Positions 36,567 to 45,682 of a DNA stretch of 58,265 bases are shown one piece after another; position 1 is the stretch's first letter, and the number at the start of each line of letters is the position of its first letter. The notes under the pieces are model-generated. The model had not been told where the DNA came from and did not search any database. It saw nothing but the letters and a program-made list of their open reading frames with translations. The stretch is from assembly GCA_038065355.1 (NCBI GenBank), contig JBBTRC010000007.1, positions 118,580-176,844 of the forward strand, given 5' to 3'. A program made the translations under genes and the position numbers. This stretch comes from Patescibacteria group bacterium. Its GTDB lineage: Bacteria > Patescibacteriota > Minisyncoccia > Phycocordibacterales > UBA918.

Positions 36567-37118
36567 TTATTGGGCGGTAAAGGTTGAGTAGATAGTATCG
36601 ATTTGAACGTCACCAGAAAGGCTAAAATCAAAATCACCGTCTTCGGTAAAGATGACGACCGCGTAGCGGTTACCAGGAATAGTCGCGCGTTGCAAAACGA
36701 TCTCGTCTGGAACAAGACCCTGTGACTCGCTAAAGCGAACTACGCCAAGGATATAGCCAAGTTGATCATTGTTGAATTCACGTACACCAATCCAACCCTC
36801 GCCAACTGGGTATTCTGCGCTATCGAGGGCCACCGATACGCCGGCTGGTTGGTTGTTCACCCGAATATCGCCTTCTCCTACCTCAAGCGTTGGGAGAGGG
36901 ACAGCACCAACGACAGTCGCGCTATTTTCATCGGCGCTCTCTGTATCGCTGTCGTCACTCGCTTCGTCGTTCACTTCTGATTGTTCATCATCGCTGATCT
37001 TCTTTGGTGCGTCCGCTGATCCGTCGGAAAATGCCCACACCAACAGGCCACCAATAAGGAGTCCAACTACAAAAGCGACAATCGTCTTTTGGTTGTCTTG
37101 TTTTGTTTCTTCTGCCAT
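36567..37118 (-). CDS. hypothetical membrane-anchored protein with acidic linker (183 aa)
   Basis: N-terminal TM helix, a D/E/S-rich stretch, then a ~100-aa beta-rich C-terminal domain. No recognised motifs. Confidence 0.55.
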   Translation of the reverse strand: MAEETKQDNQKTIVAFVVGLLIGGLLVWAFSDGSADAPKKISDDEQSEVNDEASDDSDTESADENSATVVGAVPLPTLEVGEGDIRVNNQPAGVSVALDSAEYPVGEGWIGVREFNNDQLGYILGVVRFSESQGLVPDEIVLQRATIPGNRYAVVIFTEDGDFDFSLSGDVQIDTIYSTFTAQ

Positions 37119-37201
37119 ACGAAAATAATGATTTGCTGAAATTTAAGTAATACTTGAGTATAGCACAAGCAAAAACGGCCTAAATATTGACAAAAGCGCG
37201 T

Positions 37202-38047
37202 TTAACGTACGATATTTCCTGTGTGGCAAACCGCTCGTACCTCCCCGAGCAAGCTCTCTTGTTTTTTGGCCGAAAGATGCAAATGTCTTAAAATGTGTTG
37301 ATTTTGGAGGATATCCTGACAAAGAATGACACCTCTCGCGATCAAGGTCTCGATCTGGGCGGTGCTGATAGATTGCAAGACTGTGACCGGGTAAATACCG
37401 GCGCGTTGGATCCGGTCGTGTAGGTTGTTATTGCGAGGATAATCCCAGCTTAAAAGATTTACCCCCACGCAGGCGGCGTACTTTTCCGCGGTAGTGGTGA
37501 ATTTGGTGTTGGTTACCAGCCAAAATTCTTTGATGCCGCAAATATCTTCTTGGCAAATTTTTGCCTCGCGCAAATCCAGCAATCGCGCATAAGAGTACAT
37601 GGCAACTTGCAAATCCGATTTGATGCCCGGACGTGCATGAAATTTTGCTTCACCGACAAAACTATGGTCACTTTTATAAGCGGCTAAGTCAATTTCATGA
37701 GGCGCACACTTTCCTTCTATGATGATTCCGGTCTTCGTTGTGTATCCGTCGGTTTGAAATAGCCGCGCCAAAAAAATCTCAAAAGGAAAACCAGTCGGCC
37801 CAAGCCCAAACAACGCCCGCCTGAGTGAATAGCGTGCCGCCACGGCTGTTTCACTCTTACGCAGAAGCGCAAAGGCGTGTCGATAAATTTCTTGTGTTTC
37901 CATTCCGTCATAGAGTGTGGTTTCCACTTGCGCTACGATTTCATTGACCTCGGCTGGGTTCGCGCCAGCGCGACGTAGTGAACGACGTAGTTTTTCAACT
38001 TTAAAATACTCAGCGGAGCCGTCCGCTTTCGTAATGGTGGTCGCCAT
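37202..38047 (-). CDS. ATP-cone domain fused to a restriction-endonuclease-like domain
   Basis: The N-terminal ~90 aa match the ATP-cone pattern (ITKADGSAEYFKVEKLRRSLRRAG…EIYRHAFALL). The C-terminal part has a PD-(D/E)XK-like IDLAAY…VGEAKF. Confidence 0.6.
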   Translation of the reverse strand: MATTITKADGSAEYFKVEKLRRSLRRAGANPAEVNEIVAQVETTLYDGMETQEIYRHAFALLRKSETAVAARYSLRRALFGLGPTGFPFEIFLARLFQTDGYTTKTGIIIEGKCAPHEIDLAAYKSDHSFVGEAKFHARPGIKSDLQVAMYSYARLLDLREAKICQEDICGIKEFWLVTNTKFTTTAEKYAACVGVNLLSWDYPRNNNLHDRIQRAGIYPVTVLQSISTAQIETLIARGVILCQDILQNQHILRHLHLSAKKQESLLGEVRAVCHTGNIVR

Positions 38048-39108
38048 TACGAAATGATACCACCACCAAGGCAGAGAGAACCGCGATACAATACACAGGA
38101 TTGGCCGACAGCCGGAGTCTCGACTGAGTCAATCGGTTCGATCACCAGGCTGTCAGTTTTTATTTCCAAAACCTTTACGCGAAAGGGAGACTGTCGGTAG
38201 CGGAATTGTGCATCAATCTCTTCGCTGACTTGTACTTTTTCTCGCACTACAGATTGCGACAAGACGACGTGCGTGTGAGATTTTAAATGAGGCCGAGTCG
38301 GCGCGACAGTGATGGTATTGCGCTCGATATCCTTTGTCACCACATACTGACTGCTGCGTGCGGTGTCGCTCGTGTGGAGAGTAAAACCATGTCGTTGTCC
38401 CACAGTGTAGACCAACGCGCCGACGTGCGTCCCTATCACTTGCCCGTCGCTATTCAGCACATCGCCCGGCGTAAGGTCGACGTAGTGTGAAAGAAACTCC
38501 GGAATATCAACATGTCCTAAGAAGCAAATACCCTGACTGTCCTTTTTGGCCGCTGTCGTGATGCCCGTCCTCCTCGCTTCTTTTCTAATATTTCCCTTTG
38601 TAGTGTCACCGATTGGAAAAAGCGTTTTGTTAAGTTGTTCACCCGTGAGTGTCCAAAGAAAGTAAGACTGATCTTTACTTTCATCGACGCCTCGATGCAA
38701 CGTTGCTTGCTCGTCTACATCTATCCGCCGCGCGTAATGTCCGGTGGCCACGAAATCAGCACCGTGAGTTTTTGCAAAGTCAAGGAAAGCACCAAATTTT
38801 ATCTCCCGATTGCACAAAATGTCAGGGTTGGGAGTGCGACCAGCTTTGTACTCGCTCACAAAGTAGTCGGCGACGCCATTTTTATACGCAGCCTCCGCGT
38901 CACAAGTTAAAAATGGTATCCCGAGATGAGCTGCGACACGCATCGCATCGAGTCGCTCTTGCTCCCAGTTGCACACCATAAAGTCTGGATGCCAGACTTT
39001 AATAAACACACCGACGACACGGTACCCTTGCTGTATGAGGCGTAGGGCCGCGACTGAAGAGTCCACACCGCCGGATAGCCCCACAAACACTGTTTTTGTG
39101 TGTGTCAT
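38047..39108 (-). CDS. mnmA: tRNA-specific 2-thiouridylase MnmA
   Basis: 353-aa ORF with the PP-loop VGLSGGVDSSVAA and catalytic Cys regions. Confidence 0.9.
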   Translation of the reverse strand: MTHTKTVFVGLSGGVDSSVAALRLIQQGYRVVGVFIKVWHPDFMVCNWEQERLDAMRVAAHLGIPFLTCDAEAAYKNGVADYFVSEYKAGRTPNPDILCNREIKFGAFLDFAKTHGADFVATGHYARRIDVDEQATLHRGVDESKDQSYFLWTLTGEQLNKTLFPIGDTTKGNIRKEARRTGITTAAKKDSQGICFLGHVDIPEFLSHYVDLTPGDVLNSDGQVIGTHVGALVYTVGQRHGFTLHTSDTARSSQYVVTKDIERNTITVAPTRPHLKSHTHVVLSQSVVREKVQVSEEIDAQFRYRQSPFRVKVLEIKTDSLVIEPIDSVETPAVGQSCVLYRGSLCLGGGIIS

Positions 39109-39134
39109 GGCAGTACGCTAACAACGAAGTGTAG

Positions 39135-40145
39135 CTAGCGCAAGTGTCGTTCAATATTTATCAAATGTTCGTTGTAAGTTTTGGCGTAATAAAATTGGCC
39201 GCGCTCATCAGAAATGTAGTAGAAGTAATCCGTTTCCTCAGGCAGAAGTACCGCCTCAATCGCTTCTAGCCCTGGATTGCCAATTGGAGTTGGCGGCAAA
39301 CCAGTGTGGAGATAGGTGTTGTAAGGGCTTTCAATTTTTAAGTCGTCAGCTGTGAGTTCCGAAAGCGGTTTGTCCAACACATACTCAATTGACGCATCCG
39401 CCTGAAGCGGCATACCAATCGCCAGTCGATTTTGCAATACGCTGGACACCGCACGCTTTGACTCAAGCGTGTTCGCCTCTCGTTCGATAATGGAGGCGAG
39501 GATAAGAATTTCGTCGAGTGAAAGAGTACTGCTGGCGATTTTTGCTTGCAAAGGTTCCATTTTTTTTGCAAAAGTATCTGTAAGCAGTGCAAGCAATTCC
39601 TTTTCGGTGTAAGTGGAGGGAATGAAGTAAGTGTCGGGAAAAAGCCTACCCTCAAACAAAACAGCCTGGGACAAAAAATCGACAGTATCAAAGCCAACCA
39701 GTATCTCCGAAGCAGATTCAGCCAAGTCTGTGGCGCGCTCACCTTCGATGTGAGTGAGACGGACGAGATCGGTGTCAAAGTCCCCCTGCACCAGGCGCTC
39801 CGCCACTCTCCGCGTGGTTAGCGGCTTTTCAAATACGTAGTTACTCGCTTTGATTGTAGTCTCGTCATAGAGTAGCACGATGCTGATGTACAAAAGCAGT
39901 TTTGAACGTACCACTTTTTGCTCAGCCATAGAGGTGGCAATCTCACTCACGTTCATACCTTTTTCTATCGAAATAATTGAGCGGGTTGGGAAGTCATGCG
40001 GCGGTTGATTAAGTACGTGAAAAAGCAAAAAACCGCTCGCCAACAAAATAGCGAAACACAGTATAAAAAACGGTAATAACCGGCGGCGGAAGCGGCGCTC
40101 GTGGTGTGGCAGAGGCTGATGTGGCGATTCTGTTCCTAACGTCAT
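39135..40145 (-). CDS. mltG: endolytic murein transglycosylase MltG (YceG family)
   Basis: 336-aa ORF with an N-terminal TM helix and YceG motifs ASIIEREA and LPPTPIGNPG. Confidence 0.85.
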   Translation of the reverse strand: MTLGTESPHQPLPHHERRFRRRLLPFFILCFAILLASGFLLFHVLNQPPHDFPTRSIISIEKGMNVSEIATSMAEQKVVRSKLLLYISIVLLYDETTIKASNYVFEKPLTTRRVAERLVQGDFDTDLVRLTHIEGERATDLAESASEILVGFDTVDFLSQAVLFEGRLFPDTYFIPSTYTEKELLALLTDTFAKKMEPLQAKIASSTLSLDEILILASIIEREANTLESKRAVSSVLQNRLAIGMPLQADASIEYVLDKPLSELTADDLKIESPYNTYLHTGLPPTPIGNPGLEAIEAVLLPEETDYFYYISDERGQFYYAKTYNEHLINIERHLR

Positions 40146-41506
40146 ACGGGCAAATGGGTGGGAGTACCAACAGGAAGATTGGCTGGCGCTTCTTTGCGCA
40201 CGGAACCTATACGGCTGACTGACGGTGTAAGAATCACCTTTCCGGGCAAGTGGTACATAGTAGCAATTTCCTCCACCGACATAACTTTTGGTTTATCGAC
40301 AAATTTTATAACGTCGGCTGGGTAGTAGTAGCGTTTTTTATATGCGTCGAGCTCACTTTTTTTCATTTTGTTTCGTAGCGCTCCGCCTGGATCCTGAAAC
40401 ATCGGATAATCGACATCAGTGCGCCAACGCACACCGAGGGCATTTTGCCCTACCACATCAAATTGAGAGAAAGCCCGAAGCAAGGGCGTGATCATTTCCG
40501 CATCAAACTTGCCCTGCTTGGTGATGTATATGGCACGAATGGCAGTTTCGTAGGCGTACTTTGTGGCGTTGCGTTCCATGGAGTCGATAGTGTTCTTTTC
40601 GTTGGCGGTCAGCCGCGGAGCAATTTCAAAGCCGCCGTCTTCGCCCACTTCGCGTTTCTTATCCCGCCCCATAATTTCTGATACTTTGGTCGCAACTGCT
40701 TTTTCCCAGGTCGGTTTTTCTTTAAGGTCGCCCGTGTCGAGAGATTTTTTTACGTGCGGGCGAATGAGGAACTGTACCCACATCCGCTCGTGTGGTTTTA
40801 CCTTTCCCAAGTGCTCTAGGAGTGGCGCCATCGGATCGAGTTTTTCTTCCTCCTTGGGCAGTTTATCAAGGCCAAAATCTATGTAGGTTTTAATTGGAAA
40901 AATCTCATCTTCTTTTTTGGCAATATGAAACGAAATCATCGCCCACTCCTCGGGATCCCACTTCACTTCGGCGGTGTAGTCAATCGGCTCTTCGGTAACT
41001 TCGACGCCCGGATACTGTGCGTACAGTTGCGCTTCAAAAGAATTTTTTACTTTTTTGGTTGGCACGTTGACATAGAAACGCACTTCTCCGCCAATTGAAA
41101 CCACTTCAAGACTGTTCATGAGCGGGTGTCTTCCTTCGAGGTAGGGGTGCATCAGGTTGTCGAGGGAGTTGGGCAGAAACGTTTGGTTGAGCACGTTTTC
41201 CATCGCTTCTGGAGATTTGAAAACTTCTTGCGGCAACTTGATACGCAAGGTGGTGCGACCAGAGTTGACTATAAATTTTAAGCGCACGTAGTACTGCCAT
41301 CGTTCAAAGGTAAGAAAAAACAGACCAATTGGCAGCCACAGGGGAGACAGCGCTATTAGAATTGTGAGCATCCCTTCTACGTTGATGTTGAGTACACGAA
41401 AGGTGGTGTACATCATGGCGAGGCCAATAAATAGAAAAAGAGGCCCAGAAAAAGTGCCGAATAGCAACTTAAAAAACTTATCCATGCGTTTATTATTGTA
41501 CACCAT
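40142..41506 (-). CDS. hypothetical membrane protein of a CPR-typical family (454 aa)
   Basis: Two N-terminal TM helices, then …LRIKLPQEVFKSPEAMENVLNQTF… and a C-terminal …EEIATMYHLPG…APANLP. I recall this pattern from Parcubacteria proteins usually adjacent to HerA/VirB4-like ATPases. Confidence 0.6.
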   Translation of the reverse strand: MVYNNKRMDKFFKLLFGTFSGPLFLFIGLAMMYTTFRVLNINVEGMLTILIALSPLWLPIGLFFLTFERWQYYVRLKFIVNSGRTTLRIKLPQEVFKSPEAMENVLNQTFLPNSLDNLMHPYLEGRHPLMNSLEVVSIGGEVRFYVNVPTKKVKNSFEAQLYAQYPGVEVTEEPIDYTAEVKWDPEEWAMISFHIAKKEDEIFPIKTYIDFGLDKLPKEEEKLDPMAPLLEHLGKVKPHERMWVQFLIRPHVKKSLDTGDLKEKPTWEKAVATKVSEIMGRDKKREVGEDGGFEIAPRLTANEKNTIDSMERNATKYAYETAIRAIYITKQGKFDAEMITPLLRAFSQFDVVGQNALGVRWRTDVDYPMFQDPGGALRNKMKKSELDAYKKRYYYPADVIKFVDKPKVMSVEEIATMYHLPGKVILTPSVSRIGSVRKEAPANLPVGTPTHLPV

Positions 41507-41507
41507 G

Positions 41508-41537
41508 AAAAACTCCCGGGCAGTCCCGGGAGTTTTT
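41508..41537. terminator. bidirectional Rho-independent terminator
   Basis: aaaaa-ctcccggg-cagt-cccgggag-ttttt, between the 41553 gene stop and the 41506 start. Confidence 0.8.
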
Positions 41538-41552
41538 CAAACGTTGATTTCA

Positions 41553-42656
41553 CTATGCCGCGAGCGTGTAGGTACCGTTGGCGAGCTTTTTAAAGAAGTT
41601 TGGGTCTTGGAGATTGACCAAAATTGTATTGTCTTTCACGTAGCGTTCCTTGCGAACCTTGTCGATAATTTCTTCTCGTGAAAGCGGTCCTTCGTTGGTA
41701 AGAATTTGTCGAAGCACTTCTTTGACTACACCGGCGGTGTAGCCCCATTCGGTGAGCGCATACAGACCGCGGCCAACGAGCACAAATCGAGGATCCTTGA
41801 TGAGTTCGTTGTGAGTGGTGGCGACATGTGCTTCGTGTCCAAACAATTCGTTGATCGCCTGCGCAACTTCGCGGAAGTGCATCGGCGAGCCGTGGCGCTT
41901 CACTGCTAGGTAGGCATAGTCGCGAATACCCTTGATGCGGATATTAGGGCTTTCAGCGGGACCCCAATCACCGAGAGGGTTTTTGCCGATTTGCTTTGAG
42001 ATCATGAGCCAGCGCTTCAACACTTCCTCATCGTGTCGGTCGGCAATGTCCATGAGTTCAGCACGGAAGCGATTGAGAATTTCGCCTTCGCTCACGAGGT
42101 CATCGGCGTTCAAACTCTTGTAGACGTTTTTGAGCGCCTTCTCGACTGTCTCGGCCATTTTACGTTCGGTGTACCAGCGATGGGCGTATTCAGGATTTTC
42201 CTTGCTTTTGTAGAACGGATCGCCAACTACGAGTAAAAAGTAAATGTGGTTGCGGATGATCGGATCATCGCTTAGCTCATCCAAAAGGACGTGCTCCGCG
42301 ATAATGCCTCCACCGAGTTGGTCGATGAGTTTTTGCATCTCAATAAAAAGATCGTAGTGCTTTTTATACACGTCAGATTTTTGAATCGACTGGATGCCGT
42401 AGTTTTCAATCTGGCGGACTCGCTCACGGGTAATACCGTAAGACTGGCCGATTGACTCGAGCGTGTACGATTCGCCATCCTTTCCCAAGCCGTAACGTTT
42501 TTCGAGTACGTCACGAGCACGTTCGGGTAGAACGTCGAGTAGCGTTTTAGTAATTTGTTTTGGTTTAAATGAAATCATAATACGTTTAGAAGTTGCTTCA
42601 TTGATCAATCTCCAATGCGTGGCCAAATTTATAACATGCCGTGTTAAATTGGTCAA
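41553..42656 (-). CDS. sigma-70 region-4-like HTH fused to a C-terminal HARE-HTH domain
   Basis: ARDVLEKRYGLG…YTLESIGQSYGITRERVRQIE matches sigma region 4. The C-terminal MHFREVAQAINELF…DPRFVLVGRGLYALTEWGY resembles the RpoE-delta HARE-HTH. Confidence 0.55.
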   Translation of the reverse strand: MTNLTRHVINLATHWRLINEATSKRIMISFKPKQITKTLLDVLPERARDVLEKRYGLGKDGESYTLESIGQSYGITRERVRQIENYGIQSIQKSDVYKKHYDLFIEMQKLIDQLGGGIIAEHVLLDELSDDPIIRNHIYFLLVVGDPFYKSKENPEYAHRWYTERKMAETVEKALKNVYKSLNADDLVSEGEILNRFRAELMDIADRHDEEVLKRWLMISKQIGKNPLGDWGPAESPNIRIKGIRDYAYLAVKRHGSPMHFREVAQAINELFGHEAHVATTHNELIKDPRFVLVGRGLYALTEWGYTAGVVKEVLRQILTNEGPLSREEIIDKVRKERYVKDNTILVNLQDPNFFKKLANGTYTLAA

Positions 42657-42668
42657 CCATCCCCTTCC

Positions 42669-45548
42669 CTAGGTTTCGTCGAGGATAATATTCAAAATGC
42701 GACCGGGAACGTACACAACTTTTTTAATAATTTTGCTCGATAACTTTTCCGCCAATTGAGGGTTGTTTTTAGCCATATTTACCGCATCTTCTTCTGCCGC
42801 GTCTGGCGCGATGGTAATGTCACCTCGAAGTTTGCCGTTGATTTGGACACCGATGGTCACCGTTCTGCCTATGGTCAGTACCGCATCAAAAGTAGGAAAC
42901 TCCTGCAAATGAATACTGTTTTTTTCGCCAGCGGTTTTCCACAATTCTTCTGTTATATGTGGTGCAAATGGAGCGAGCATACACAAAAATACCCGGTAGC
43001 TTTCTTTTGTCAGACCGACTTTTTCAATCAAATTTATGTATATCATCATAGCGCTGATGGCGGTATTGAATTTAAATTCAATAATGTCCTCAGAAACTTT
43101 TTTAATAGTTTTGTGAAGCGCTACGGTCGTTTCCTTTGCTTCCGTGTCGGTGATGTGTTCATGGAGACCATTCACTCGTTCCAAAAATCGACGAATACCG
43201 GCAATGCCGCCCATGTCCCAGGGGTAGTTGTTGACTTCAGCGTATGGGCCCATAAATGCCAAATACATTTTGACCGTGTCAGCGCCAACATTTGTTACCT
43301 GTTCGTCAGGGTCGATTACGTTGCCTTTGCTTTTGCTCATTTTATTGCCATCTGGACCAAGAATGAGACCACGGTTGATGCGACGAGCGTACGGCTCCGC
43401 GTGCTCCGCCAGGCCGAGCCGATGAAGCGCCTTCTGCCAAAAGCGTGAGTACAGCAAGTGCATGGTGGTGTGCTCAGCGCCACCAAAATATAAGTCAACC
43501 GGTAGCCAGGTTTTTTGCGCTTCGACACCAGAAAATGACTCTGAGTTTTTGTTATCGATGTAGCGCAGAAAGTACCAGGAAGAGTCGACGAAAGTATCCA
43601 TCGTCTCCACTTCAGGTCTCCAACCCTGACCAAAAATTTTCTCAGTTCGTTCTTTGAGTTCCTGTGATTTCGCAAGCGGCGGCACCCCGGTCGGCTTGAA
43701 GTCCACGTCTTCAGGAAGTGTCCACGGTAAATGCTCTTCGGGAATAGCGTGTGCCTTTCCTTCCGGATCGTACACAATCGGAATTGGTACTCCCCAGTAG
43801 CGCTGTCGTCCAATCGACCAATCACGGAGTCGATAGGTATTGGTCATCCACCCACCCACTTTCTCAGTGATGGCAATTTTCGCTTCTTCGGAGTCCATGC
43901 CGTCAAATTCTTTAGAATTTATCAGAGAGCCGCTCCCGCTGAATACACTGCCCAGGAAGGTGTTCCATGCAATGCGGTGGTGCTCCCACGCAATCTTGCT
44001 ATTTACCTCTTCCATTGTGACCCATTCAACAGTATGTTTACCTTCGTCAATTTCAGAGGCAACCTGGGTTAAGTCTTTTAATTTAACGTGATAAAAGGAA
44101 TTGTTTGTAATCTGATTTTTATCTTTTGGAACTCGAAAACCAATGCTTTTTGCACTCTCTAAAACACAAGAAACTATTTCAAAGTTAGTGAATCCAGTTT
44201 CCTCAACTATTTCTCGCCTAATCGCTTTTTCTGCCGGTTCTCCATCAGTTCCTCCACCTACAAAATGTGTCACCGTGTCAGTTTGCAACAAAAACGTGTC
44301 GTCCGTTGGGTGTTCGATGATCATATCGACACAGTCACGGTGCAGAGTTTCTTTGCCCTCTTGGTATTTCTCAATTCCTTTTTGCTCAGTTCGTGGTACT
44401 ACAACCTGGCGGATTTTTAAATCAAACTTCTTTGCAAACGCAAAGTCGCGCTCGTCATGCGCGGGTACAGCCATGATAGCGCCAGTACCGTAGCCACTAA
44501 GCACGTAATCAGCCACAAAAATAGGAATCCGTTCGTTGTTGGCGGGGTTGATAGCGACTACTCCTTTAAGTTCGATACCAGTCTTTTCTTTCGTATTGTC
44601 GCCGCGTTCAATATCACCTTTCTGCTTCGCTATTCGCGCGTAGGCCAATACCTCTTCCTTGTTCTCAAGGACATGATGATTGTTGTCAGTCGCCAATGTA
44701 ATCCATGGATGTTCAGGAGCAAGGACGAGATAGGTGGCACCAAAAAGAGTGTCTGGTCGCGTGGTGAAGACTTTAAGTGCGGCTTTTTCGCCGTGAGGGC
44801 CACGATTGGCGTTGGCTTCTGGCTGATAAGTAAAGAAAAGTTCAAAATCAATTTCTGCTCCTTCCGAGCGACCAATCCACTGTCGCTGTGCTTCTTTAAT
44901 GTGTTCTGGCCAGTCGAGGGCGTCGAGGTCGTCGATGAGCGCGTCGGCAAAGTCAGTGATACGGAGCATCCACTGCGGCATTAAACGTTTTTCAATCTGA
45001 TTACCGCAACGATCACAGCTACCATCAGCGTGCACTTGCTCATTGGCAATCACGGTGTTGTCATGCGGACACCAGTTCACCATGCCTTCGCCGCGATAGG
45101 CTAGGCCATTTTCAAAAAACTTGGTGAACATCCACTGCGTCCACTTATAATATTCGGGGTCGGTGGAAGAAGTGGTCTTGTCCCAAGAGAAAGCGTTGCC
45201 CATACTGGCGAGCTGGTTTCTCATGTATTCAATGTTGCTTTCCGTCCAGTCTTTTGGATTAATGCCGCGTTTAATGGCGGCGTTTTCAGCTGGCAAGCCG
45301 AAGGCATCAAAGCCCATCGGAAACAGCACCTGCTTTCCCTTCATGCGCAAAAAACGCACGTAAATGTCGGGTACCGCAAAGGCGTACCAGTGACCAATGT
45401 GAAGGTTGCCGGACGGATACGGCCATTCCACCAGCACATACTCTTTTTCTTTTTCTTGATCACGAGAGCCGACGTCGTAGAGACCATCAGTCGCCCATTT
45501 GGTTTGCCACTTTTTTTCTATCTCTTGGTGATCAAAACGTTTATGCAT
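42669..45548 (-). CDS. leuS: leucyl-tRNA synthetase with an inserted Nudix hydrolase domain (959 aa)
   Basis: Motifs NLHIGHWY, TTRPDT and AHDERD (CP1 editing), RLRDWSIGRQRYWG and KMSKSKGN. An extra ~125-150 aa at residues ~386-535 contains GGGTDGEPAEKAIRREIVEETGF. Confidence 0.92.
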   Translation of the reverse strand: MHKRFDHQEIEKKWQTKWATDGLYDVGSRDQEKEKEYVLVEWPYPSGNLHIGHWYAFAVPDIYVRFLRMKGKQVLFPMGFDAFGLPAENAAIKRGINPKDWTESNIEYMRNQLASMGNAFSWDKTTSSTDPEYYKWTQWMFTKFFENGLAYRGEGMVNWCPHDNTVIANEQVHADGSCDRCGNQIEKRLMPQWMLRITDFADALIDDLDALDWPEHIKEAQRQWIGRSEGAEIDFELFFTYQPEANANRGPHGEKAALKVFTTRPDTLFGATYLVLAPEHPWITLATDNNHHVLENKEEVLAYARIAKQKGDIERGDNTKEKTGIELKGVVAINPANNERIPIFVADYVLSGYGTGAIMAVPAHDERDFAFAKKFDLKIRQVVVPRTEQKGIEKYQEGKETLHRDCVDMIIEHPTDDTFLLQTDTVTHFVGGGTDGEPAEKAIRREIVEETGFTNFEIVSCVLESAKSIGFRVPKDKNQITNNSFYHVKLKDLTQVASEIDEGKHTVEWVTMEEVNSKIAWEHHRIAWNTFLGSVFSGSGSLINSKEFDGMDSEEAKIAITEKVGGWMTNTYRLRDWSIGRQRYWGVPIPIVYDPEGKAHAIPEEHLPWTLPEDVDFKPTGVPPLAKSQELKERTEKIFGQGWRPEVETMDTFVDSSWYFLRYIDNKNSESFSGVEAQKTWLPVDLYFGGAEHTTMHLLYSRFWQKALHRLGLAEHAEPYARRINRGLILGPDGNKMSKSKGNVIDPDEQVTNVGADTVKMYLAFMGPYAEVNNYPWDMGGIAGIRRFLERVNGLHEHITDTEAKETTVALHKTIKKVSEDIIEFKFNTAISAMMIYINLIEKVGLTKESYRVFLCMLAPFAPHITEELWKTAGEKNSIHLQEFPTFDAVLTIGRTVTIGVQINGKLRGDITIAPDAAEEDAVNMAKNNPQLAEKLSSKIIKKVVYVPGRILNIILDET

Positions 45549-45642
45549 GTACTCTGTGTGTGTAGTAACGAACTAACATTATGCATTGATATTTTATTTA
45601 CGCAAGGATACAGTCGGCACATTGCTTGCTCGTATGCGTAAG

Positions 45643-45672
45643 AAAACCGCGCATTTTATTGTGCGCGGTTTT
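45643..45672 (-). terminator. Rho-independent terminator
   Basis: aaaaccgcgca-ttttattg-tgcgcggtttt, 11 nt after the stop of the 45683 gene. Confidence 0.75.
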
Positions 45673-45682
45673 CTTTGGTCTT

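Noticed and set aside
45549-45682. T-box or other leader riboswitches upstream of the aaRS genes (leuS here; also aspS, trpS and alaS upstream regions).
   Set aside because: The upstream spacers are 36-134 nt and are mostly occupied by the preceding gene's terminator. That is too short for a T-box, and no T-box sequence (AANNNGGGTGGNACCGCG-like) was seen.
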